DNA from: an uncultured Flavobacteriaceae bacterium
GTDB lineage: Bacteria; Bacteroidota; Bacteroidia; Flavobacteriales; Flavobacteriaceae
Direction: 5' to 3'
Assembly: GCA_963709465.1 (NCBI GenBank)
Contig: CAVPWF010000001.1
Location: 129,956 to 193,955 of the forward strand
DNA length: 64,000 nt
This document shows positions 48,816 to 56,350 of this stretch, one piece after another. The position numbers and the translations under genes were made by a program. The notes under the pieces were generated by a model. The model was not told the DNA's origin. It saw only the letters and a program-made list of their open reading frames with translations, and searched no databases. How positions within the stretch are numbered: position 1 is the stretch's first letter; each line of letters opens with the position of its first letter.

Positions 48816-50090
48816 ATGAATATTTTGGTACTGGGGTCCGGAGGCCGTGAACATGCCCTGGCCTGGAAATTACACCAAAGCCACTCCATTGAGAACTTGT
48901 TTGTAGCTCCCGGAAACGCGGGAACCGCAGAATTTGCAGAAAATATTCCGCTCGATGTTTCTGATTTTGAAGCGATTCGGGAGGTCGTCCTTTCCAGGGG
49001 TGTACACCTCGTTCTGGTAGGCCCGGAAGTTCCTTTGGTCTTGGGTATTCAGGATTACTTCAAAAGCACCCCTTCCCTTACAGATATAGCTTTGATAGGG
49101 CCTTCAAAGGCTGGAGCTCAATTGGAAGGAAGCAAAGAATTTGCCAAAAAATTTATGGAGCGGCATGGGATTCCTACTGCGGCTTACCGAAGTTTTGGAA
49201 AAAGTGATGTAGAGCAGGCCTATCGTTTTCTGGAAACAATCCCTCCTCCTTATGTTTTGAAAGCAGATGGCCTGGCTGCCGGCAAGGGGGTGCTGATTCT
49301 CAACGAGATTCAAGAAGCCAAATCTGCTTTGCGTGAAATGCTCGTTGAAGCGAAGTTTGGTACAGCCAGCAGCAGAGTAGTTATCGAGGCGTTTTTATCG
49401 GGAATTGAATTGAGCTGTTTTGTGCTGACCGACGGGAAGGACTACAAAATCTTACCGACAGCAAAAGACTACAAACGAATAGGAGAAGGGGACACTGGCC
49501 TGAATACGGGGGGGATGGGCGCTGTTTCACCTGTAGGTTTTGCGGACGCCGTGTTTATGGAAAAGGTGGAATCGCGTATCATTAAGCCCACGGTTGAAGG
49601 CCTTCGGAAAGAAAAAATCCCATATTCAGGGTTTATTTTTATCGGACTTATTAAGGTAGGGGATGACCCGTTCGTCATTGAATATAATGTGCGTATGGGC
49701 GATCCGGAAACCGAAGTTGTTATCCCGCGGATACAGACAGACTTAGTGGAACTTTTAAGGGCCACTGCCGGAGGGACACTTAAGGAAACAGATCTGGTAA
49801 TTCGCACGGAAGCGGCAGCCACAGTGATGATGGTCTCAGGGGGCTATCCCGAAGCTTATCAAAAGGGCCATTCCATTCGCGGGCTGGAATCCGTTAAAGA
49901 AGCGATGGTTTTTCATGCAGGCACTCAGAAAGACTCCAATGGGGATGTAGTGACGAGTGGAGGGCGGGTTCTTGCAGTAACAGCCCTCGGAGCCGATTTT
50001 AAAGATTCCCTGCGCAAGGCATATGCGGGAGTCTCAGAAATAGAGTTTCAGGACGCCTACTACCGAACCGATATAGGGTTTGATCTTTAA
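48816..50090 (+). CDS. purD: phosphoribosylamine--glycine ligase
   Basis: Start trimmed to MNILVLGSGGREHALAWKL. ATP-grasp blocks (VLKADGLAAGKGV, EYNVRMGDPETE). Confidence 0.95.
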   Translation: MNILVLGSGGREHALAWKLHQSHSIENLFVAPGNAGTAEFAENIPLDVSDFEAIREVVLSRGVHLVLVGPEVPLVLGIQDYFKSTPSLTDIALIGPSKAGAQLEGSKEFAKKFMERHGIPTAAYRSFGKSDVEQAYRFLETIPPPYVLKADGLAAGKGVLILNEIQEAKSALREMLVEAKFGTASSRVVIEAFLSGIELSCFVLTDGKDYKILPTAKDYKRIGEGDTGLNTGGMGAVSPVGFADAVFMEKVESRIIKPTVEGLRKEKIPYSGFIFIGLIKVGDDPFVIEYNVRMGDPETEVVIPRIQTDLVELLRATAGGTLKETDLVIRTEAAATVMMVSGGYPEAYQKGHSIRGLESVKEAMVFHAGTQKDSNGDVVTSGGRVLAVTALGADFKDSLRKAYAGVSEIEFQDAYYRTDIGFDL

Positions 50091-50109
50091 AAACCTCCGA
50101 TGAGGTTTT
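50090..50109. terminator. short bidirectional hairpin between purD and the convergent small gene
   Basis: AAAACCTC-cgat-GAGGTTTT. The A/T runs form part of the stem. Confidence 0.45.
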
Positions 50110-50120
50110 AAGAGTGAAAA

Positions 50121-50342
50121 TCAGAGATATGAGTGGGCAGTCACACTGTGATCCTCTTCGCCTCTTTCCTCAAACAAACGGATTTGCCTGAGCCAGTAAA
50201 CCAAGGCAATCACCCCGATAATCGCAAAGATCCAGTTGACGGAATTGGCAGTCCACCAATTCGGCATTTCTCTGAAAAAATCAAACGGAGCAAAGAGTCC
50301 GTTTACAAATAAATTTTCTATCCCCTCAAAAAAAGCTTTCAT
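50121..50342 (-). CDS. small conserved membrane protein (73 aa)
   Basis: MKAFFEGIENLFVNGLFAPFDFF..WIFAIIGVIALVYWLRQI..: one TM helix and an acidic tail. I recall similar small proteins next to purD in flavobacteria (unverified). Confidence 0.5.
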   Translation of the reverse strand: MKAFFEGIENLFVNGLFAPFDFFREMPNWWTANSVNWIFAIIGVIALVYWLRQIRLFEERGEEDHSVTAHSYL

Positions 50343-50381
50343 TCTGGCTATATTTACCTTGCAAATTTACGAAAACCATCG

Positions 50382-51320
50382 ATGATTTCAAGTCTTTTCG
50401 GTAAAACAAGGCCTGTAAATTACATCCTGGTTTTATCTGTGGTCTTTATCTTTTTTTCGCTCGCCCAACTCCATCAGAGCGATGTATTTACTCCATTGTC
50501 CCGTTTCTTATGGATAATTGCGAGTTTGTGTTGCCTTTTACTCTCGTTGTTTCTGGTCAATTTCATGGTCCAGAGGAATCAATTGACAGCATCAGATTCC
50601 TATGCCATGTTTTTCTATGCCCAGTTCTGCATCCTTTTTCAGGATTCCTTTGCAGATCCTTTCGTTCTGATCGCTGCATTTTTTCTGCTACTGGCCCAGA
50701 GGAGGCTAATCAGCATGAAGTCGATGAAGAATCTGAAGGAAAAAATATTCGATGGGGCACTGTATGTTTTTGTGGCGAGCCTCTTTGTGAACTGGACACT
50801 CCTGTTTATTGTTATCGTCTGGATTTACATCTATTTTTACATACCCAAGAAGATCAATTACTGGCTTATTCCATTTGCCGCTGCGGTCACCGTAGCTCTT
50901 ATGTCCTGGTCTGTTTTTTTCCTTTCAGGAGATCCGCAGTACCTCTTTGAGCATTTTACTTTTTACTTTAAACCCTTCAAATTTGTGGAGGTTCCGACCT
51001 TTTCAGCAGTTAAAACAGCCAGCTTTTTAATTCTCATCTCCATTTCCGGAATTGTAGCGTTTATAAAACAGGGAAAATCCGGACAGGGTCGTTTGACGCA
51101 ATTAAGATTACTTGTAATCGCCTGGATTGTCGGAATAGTCATTACATTTTTGACTGGAGAACGCTTTGTCAGTGCTATTGCATTTGCCTTTTTCACCTCG
51201 GCAGTATTCGCGGCGCGCTATGTGGAGTCCATTCGGAAGGATTTCATCAAAGACATTGTAATGTATAGCTTTACAGCAGTTTCCATCCTGGTTTTCTTCC
51301 TGGAATGGGTAGTGAAATAA
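50382..51320 (+). CDS. polytopic membrane protein of unknown function (recalled as DUF6427-like, unverified)
   Basis: 312 aa with ~8 TM helices. Confidence 0.6.
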   Translation: MISSLFGKTRPVNYILVLSVVFIFFSLAQLHQSDVFTPLSRFLWIIASLCCLLLSLFLVNFMVQRNQLTASDSYAMFFYAQFCILFQDSFADPFVLIAAFFLLLAQRRLISMKSMKNLKEKIFDGALYVFVASLFVNWTLLFIVIVWIYIYFYIPKKINYWLIPFAAAVTVALMSWSVFFLSGDPQYLFEHFTFYFKPFKFVEVPTFSAVKTASFLILISISGIVAFIKQGKSGQGRLTQLRLLVIAWIVGIVITFLTGERFVSAIAFAFFTSAVFAARYVESIRKDFIKDIVMYSFTAVSILVFFLEWVVK

Positions 51321-51348
51321 GCGGTATATTTGTTACAAAGACTTCAGT

Positions 51349-51954
51349 ATGTTCAGCAATTTTGCCTTTGGAATTTTTGAAGAAAGCATCGGTAAATACC
51401 ACATAGCGGACCGGGTGGATCAACCTTTTGAGAATCCTTATCCCGCAGATGACATCGCTCATTTGCTTTACAAAAAGAACTGGATTGATACCGTGCAATG
51501 GCATTATGAAGACCTGATACGCGATCCCGAGATCGACCCCAAAGCAGCTCTTGTGTTGAAGAGAAAGATCGATGCGAGTAATCAGGAGCGGACCGATCTG
51601 GTAGAATATATAGACAGCTATTTCCTGAATAAACACAAGGCAGTCCCCATTGCTAAGGGAGCGCAGATAAATACCGAGAGCCCCGCCTGGGCGATTGATC
51701 GACTTTCCATCCTGGCTTTGAAAATCTATCATATGCAGGAGGAAGCAGAAAGGGAAAACGCAAGCGATATGCATCGGGACGCCTGCCGAAGCAAACTCCG
51801 GGTGCTGCTCGAGCAACGACAAGACTTGTCAGCGGCTATAGATCAGTTGCTGGAAGACATCTCAAATGGGAAAAAGTATATGAAAGTGTACAAGCAAATG
51901 AAGATGTACAATGACGAGGAGTTAAACCCCGTATTGCGTGGGAAAAGGAAATAA
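51349..51954 (+). CDS. DUF4254-like protein
   Basis: 201 aa. Contains LLYKKNWIDTVQWHYEDLIR, TESPAWAIDRLSILALKIYHM and YKQMKMYNDEELNP. This family is typically adjacent to GT9 heptosyltransferase-like genes in Bacteroidota. Confidence 0.7.
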   Translation: MFSNFAFGIFEESIGKYHIADRVDQPFENPYPADDIAHLLYKKNWIDTVQWHYEDLIRDPEIDPKAALVLKRKIDASNQERTDLVEYIDSYFLNKHKAVPIAKGAQINTESPAWAIDRLSILALKIYHMQEEAERENASDMHRDACRSKLRVLLEQRQDLSAAIDQLLEDISNGKKYMKVYKQMKMYNDEELNPVLRGKRK

Positions 51955-52993
51955 AAAGCGTATTCTGGCTATTCGCCTCTCTGCCCTGGGAGATGTGGCA
52001 ATGACTGTCCCCGTTTTGCTTTCGGTAACGCGGTTAAATCCTGAAGTTCGGTTCCTTTTTATCACTAAGAGCCATTTTGCGCCGGTTTTACAACGTCTGG
52101 AGAACCTCGAAGTTCACTCCTTTGAAGGGAAGGGAGTCCATAAAGGAATCAGAGGGTTATGGCATCTAAAAGGCGAATTGAGGGGAAAAGACTTCGATGC
52201 AATAGCCGACCTGCACGCCGTGTTGAGAACGGGAATCCTCAAGCTGTTTTTTTCGTTTTCGGGAAAACCCTTTGAAAGTCTGCAGAAGGGAAGAAGGGAA
52301 AAGAAGCAGCTCACCTCCGGGGACCCCAAGGGCTTTAAACCGCTTAAAAGCACCCATGAGCGCTATGCCGAAGTTTTTAGACGCCTTGGTTTTAAAGCAG
52401 CACCCAATGCAGGGGACATCCTTAAAGGAGAAGCCTGGCCTGATAATTTTGATGACGGGTTTACCGAATCGGGGTGGCTTAGGGTAGGTTTGGCCCCCTA
52501 TGCTGCACATTCAGGAAAGTGTTACCCAGAGTCGCGAATAAAAGAACTGATCGGCTTATTGGGCGCAGTACCGAATTTGCGGGTATACCTGTTTGGAGGA
52601 GGACAAAAAGAAATCGAAGCCCTGAATTCGTGGGAACTGGAGTATCCGTACTGTGTGTCTGTTGCAGGTAAAATGCCGCTGACCGAAGAACTTGCATTGA
52701 TCTCTAACCTTCGCCTCATGATCTCAATGGACAGCGGAAACGGACACCTGGCCGCCATGTACGGCCTTCCAGTCCTTACCCTCTGGGGAGTAACACATCC
52801 CTACGCCGGGTTCGCGCCTTTTAATCAGCCCGAATCGAATAACGTATTGGCTGATCGTGAAATGTATCCGGCGATACCTACTTCTGTGTATGGAAATAAA
52901 GTGCCGGATGGTTATGATCAGGTCATGGAGTCTATTCCCGCAGAACGGGTTTATAAAAGGGTGTTGGAGCTATTGCAGGAGCCCCATATCTAG
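51938..52993 (+). CDS. glycosyltransferase family 9 (heptosyltransferase-like)
   Basis: 351 aa, GTG start overlapping the upstream gene by 17 nt. Contains KRILAIRLSALGDVAMTVPVL and MDSGNGHLAAMYGLPVLTLWG. Confidence 0.8.
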   Translation: MGKGNKKRILAIRLSALGDVAMTVPVLLSVTRLNPEVRFLFITKSHFAPVLQRLENLEVHSFEGKGVHKGIRGLWHLKGELRGKDFDAIADLHAVLRTGILKLFFSFSGKPFESLQKGRREKKQLTSGDPKGFKPLKSTHERYAEVFRRLGFKAAPNAGDILKGEAWPDNFDDGFTESGWLRVGLAPYAAHSGKCYPESRIKELIGLLGAVPNLRVYLFGGGQKEIEALNSWELEYPYCVSVAGKMPLTEELALISNLRLMISMDSGNGHLAAMYGLPVLTLWGVTHPYAGFAPFNQPESNNVLADREMYPAIPTSVYGNKVPDGYDQVMESIPAERVYKRVLELLQEPHI

Positions 52994-53604
52994 AACGTGG
53001 ACTTCAGCGACATGCCTTTAAAGTAGTATCGGAGCTGTTGCATATACTGATACCGGAGCATTCTCGGATTACCCCCGACCATCAGGGACCGGATTCCAAA
53101 ATAAGAAGCCATAATATAGGCGGCTATACCTTCGCTGTCGTGATGGCGCTCGAGATAGCCATCGGACTTTCCCTTTTGCAATGCGGTGACCAGGCTGACC
53201 TCCCACACCTTGGCTATATCGTTCAGGTAACTGGAAATCTTTTCATTCCTCCCGTTAAACTCAGACATAAAATTACCCAGCACAAAACCAAAATCAAGGG
53301 GGTTGTGTTCTGCGGTTTCAAGAGCGTTTTCCAGGCATATTTCGATCTGTTGAAAGGGATTCTCCTTGCCTTCTATCGGCTCAATTAACATGCTGTAAAC
53401 CTTTCGGAACAACAAATGCTGCACGATACTGATCATAAAGTCTTCTTTGGACTGGAAGTGATGATAGAAGGCCCCCTTAGAGAGTTCCAGGGCCTTTAGA
53501 ATATCGTCAAGACTGGTCTGGTAATAGCCTTTCTGGTAGAACAACTCCATGCCTTTTTGCTGCATTCGGTTGATGGTCGCTCGGCTTTTTAAATTTTTTT
53601 CCAT
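52990..53604 (-). CDS. TetR/AcrR family transcriptional regulator
   Basis: Start trimmed to MEKNLKSRATINRMQQKGMELFYQKGYYQTSLDDILKALELSKGAFYHHFQSKEDF (HTH region). The minus-strand ATG is at 53602-53604. Confidence 0.85.
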   Translation of the reverse strand: MEKNLKSRATINRMQQKGMELFYQKGYYQTSLDDILKALELSKGAFYHHFQSKEDFMISIVQHLLFRKVYSMLIEPIEGKENPFQQIEICLENALETAEHNPLDFGFVLGNFMSEFNGRNEKISSYLNDIAKVWEVSLVTALQKGKSDGYLERHHDSEGIAAYIMASYFGIRSLMVGGNPRMLRYQYMQQLRYYFKGMSLKSTF

Positions 53605-53827
53605 AAATCGGGAATTTTGATAAAACAAACCTTCCGGTCGCTTTACCCTAACTCCATAACCCGTTGGGAAATGTGAAAACATCGATGAAACACACAGAAA
53701 CATCGACAAAACGCTTGTTTCATTCAAAAGAAAAGCCCGGATTAGCCCGTAACAGACCCCCTGGTTTGTCCAGAAGCAGCTCTGGAAAAAAACCAATCCC
53801 CCAGAATAAGGCTATTTTGAGTCTGAT

Positions 53828-54883
53828 TCAGGTTACCGCTCCCTGGCAACTGCTTCCCGCACCCGCCGTGCAGCCATAGCAGTGTTGCGAGATCACTATT
53901 TCACGATTGTTTAAGAGGTTCTCCTGAAAATCCCTGATGTGTTGTACGCTGTTATTGACCTTTAGACCAAGCATCTGATTGAAATCACAATCATAGAGCC
54001 AGCCATCCCAACTCACAGAAATGGTGTTGGTGCACATGACATTGCTCACTGCTTCGGGATTATAGGCATCTACAAGGGCGGTCATGTACTCCTCATAGTT
54101 TTCGGAAGCGATGAGGTAATCAAGGAAACGGGCAATGGGCAGGTTCGTAATGGTAAATAAACTATTAAAGTCAATCCCGAAGTCTTCTTTGAGCGCTTTT
54201 TTAAAATCGCGCTCCAGGGCATTCTGATCCCCGGGGAGGAAGGCTCCTGAGGGATTGTATACCAAATCGAGCTGAAGGGAACTTCCCGGGATGCCATATC
54301 CTACCTTATTGAGCTCCTGGAGGGCCTTTATGGATTTATCAAAGACCCCGTCACCTCTTTGCTTGTCTGTTTTCCCCCGGGTATAGTGGGGTAATGATGA
54401 AACGACGTGGACTCCGTGTTTTGCAAAAAATTCAGGGAGGTCGTAATACTTCTTGTTCGCCCGGATTATGGTAAGATTGGAGCGCACTATAAAATCCCGG
54501 ATACCTGCCTCAGCGGCTTTTTCCACAAACCATCTGAAATTCGGATTCATCTCCGGGGCACCTCCGGTCAGGTCAAGGGTGTGGGCCCCCGTAGTCCTTA
54601 TGACCTCAAGGCATTCTTCCATGGTTTCCCGTGTCATGATTTCTTCTCGATCCGGACCCGCATCTACATGGCAGTGTTCACAGACCTGATTGCACATATA
54701 ACCGACATTGATCTGAAGAATTTCAAGTGAGCGCGGGCGTAAGACCCCCTGCCCGGATGCTGATAGCTTGTCGCGGAAGAAAGGCAGCTCCCCGGATTCA
54801 AACAAAGATCCGTTGAGGATATCCAGCTGCTTATTGGTATTTGCCAGGTCTTTTTCCCTAGCTTTTAGTGATTTCGTGGCCAT
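53828..54883 (-). CDS. arsS: ArsS-type radical SAM/Cys-rich protein (arsenosugar biosynthesis radical SAM family)
   Basis: 351 aa. Radical SAM CxxxCxxC motif (GYMCNQVCEHCH), LDLTGGAPE, and a C-terminal Cys-rich tail HCYGCTAGAGSSCQGAV characteristic of this family. Confidence 0.8.
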   Translation of the reverse strand: MATKSLKAREKDLANTNKQLDILNGSLFESGELPFFRDKLSASGQGVLRPRSLEILQINVGYMCNQVCEHCHVDAGPDREEIMTRETMEECLEVIRTTGAHTLDLTGGAPEMNPNFRWFVEKAAEAGIRDFIVRSNLTIIRANKKYYDLPEFFAKHGVHVVSSLPHYTRGKTDKQRGDGVFDKSIKALQELNKVGYGIPGSSLQLDLVYNPSGAFLPGDQNALERDFKKALKEDFGIDFNSLFTITNLPIARFLDYLIASENYEEYMTALVDAYNPEAVSNVMCTNTISVSWDGWLYDCDFNQMLGLKVNNSVQHIRDFQENLLNNREIVISQHCYGCTAGAGSSCQGAVT

Positions 54884-54923
54884 CGTCTAATTGTTAAAGA
54901 AACCCAATGTTCAATGCTGGAGT

Positions 54924-55259
54924 TTACATCGAGAGTTTTTCGTATTTATTCATCATTTGGACACCATGCACCAGGGTAGCTCCACTTTCTATAGCGGCTC
55001 CCGCATGAACGGCTTCCATCATTTCCTCTTTAGTGATTCCGCGCTCCAGGCCGTCTTTGGTATAGGCGTCTATACAGTAAGGACACTTTACAACGTGGGC
55101 CACGGCCAGGGCGATAAGAGATTTTTCACGGGCACTCAGGGCCCCTTCCTCAAAGACTTTTCCGTAATAATCGAAAAATTTTTCACCCAACGCTTTACTC
55201 CATTCAGTGATCTTACCAAATTTTCTAAGGTCTGCGGGATTGTAATATTCTGATGCCAT
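54924..55259 (-). CDS. AhpD/carboxymuconolactone-decarboxylase-like protein (arsenosugar-associated peroxidase-like family)
   Basis: Start trimmed to MASEYYNPADL (111 aa). Contains the CxxC motif VKCPYCIDAY. Confidence 0.75.
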   Translation of the reverse strand: MASEYYNPADLRKFGKITEWSKALGEKFFDYYGKVFEEGALSAREKSLIALAVAHVVKCPYCIDAYTKDGLERGITKEEMMEAVHAGAAIESGATLVHGVQMMNKYEKLSM

Positions 55260-55369
55260 GTTTTTGCAAATTAATCGTGAATGATTTTGGATTATGGATC
55301 GTCGTTCAGACGTCCAATACATTTAGGGATCTCTGGGACCCCTCTATTAATTTTAAATGGAAAGCGTAC

Positions 55370-56044
55370 TTAGAAAGGAGAGCCCTTATTGAAAGGGACA
55401 GAGCAGTAAATTTGAAAATCCGGATGGATCCAGGCTGTTCGCAGAATGGGTTTTGCCGAGAGAAAACTCAAAAACAATCGATACAAGCGGGAGAAAATAT
55501 AACGGGATGGAGCGAGCCAGTCCTGGCAGTCTTCAGCATCGTCCAGGTCCATCAGGGATGTCAGTACTTCGGGACGGCCTCCGATCCTCAGGATCCAAAT
55601 CAATAACGCATCCAGCAAAAGGTTTTCCTGCCAGGGGAGGCGCATAAATGTTTCACAGTCAAAATGCTCCCGGTTTATTCCAATGAGATAAGTGCCCCCG
55701 TCAGACGTGGGCCCGAATACTGTTTTTCCCTCTTCGAGCAGGCCTGCAGCTCTTTTGAGCTCCTCTGTCCGAAGATCAGGGCTGTCATTCCCAATAACCA
55801 GTAAGTGTTCTATCCCCTGGTCATAAACCGACTTCATGGCGTTTCCCAGGCGTTCCCCGAACGTATTACCGACCTGAGATTTTTCATCTATATGAAACAC
55901 CTGTAATCCGGTCCGCCGGGCCTTTAACTTCGTTTGAGCCGTCAGTTCGGCTATAAAGCGCTCGCCCCCGGACAAACCTTTTTCTCTCGCATCCAAGTGG
56001 GCGCTGCGGGCAAAAAGTATAATGGCGGAGGTTCGGGTCGTCAA
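55370..56044 (-). CDS. DUF2064 / GT-A-like protein (family reported as arsenosugar biosynthesis glycosyltransferase)
   Basis: 224 aa, TTG start. Contains AIILFARS.., LLVIGNDSPDL and FGPTSDGGTYLIG. It is the first gene of the three-gene minus-strand set. Confidence 0.65.
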   Translation of the reverse strand: MTTRTSAIILFARSAHLDAREKGLSGGERFIAELTAQTKLKARRTGLQVFHIDEKSQVGNTFGERLGNAMKSVYDQGIEHLLVIGNDSPDLRTEELKRAAGLLEEGKTVFGPTSDGGTYLIGINREHFDCETFMRLPWQENLLLDALLIWILRIGGRPEVLTSLMDLDDAEDCQDWLAPSRYIFSRLYRLFLSFLSAKPILRTAWIHPDFQIYCSVPFNKGSPF

Positions 56045-56300
56045 AAGCAGGTGAATGGAATTTTATTTGAGACAACAAATTACAAGCAAAAAGGCATGTC
56101 ACAAAACGGAACACCTCCGAAGCCGGAAATTTAACAGAATTTTCCCATTCGTATGGGGTCACAACCTTAACAGGGAGGTTAAAGCGTCAGGGGCGGTTGC
56201 CGTACTTTATTGCTCCGAACCCAATAAACGCCATAATTTTTGAAAAGAATTGAATAATGCACTAAGCCTACCCTCAAAAAACCGAACCGGGGTCACCAAT

Positions 56301-56342
56301 AAAAAAACCTCCCAACCAGATCTCAATCAGAGGGATGGGAGG
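56301..56342 (-). terminator. rho-independent terminator of the M16 peptidase gene
   Basis: CCTCCCA (56308-56314) pairs with TGGGAGG (56336-56342). On the minus strand the stem is followed by T7 (complement of 56301-56307). Confidence 0.6.
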
Positions 56343-56350
56343 GTTCTTAT

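Noticed and set aside
51271-51822. 183-aa ORF on the minus strand
   Set aside because: It is antisense to the DUF4254-like gene, whose conserved motifs (TVQWHYEDLIR, TESPAWAIDRLSILALKIYHM) identify the plus strand as coding.
52990-52993. Convergent GT9 and TetR genes share overlapping stop codons within the palindrome CTAG
   Set aside because: The overlap is real but trivial. It has no regulatory implication beyond tight packing and the absence of a terminator between the convergent genes.
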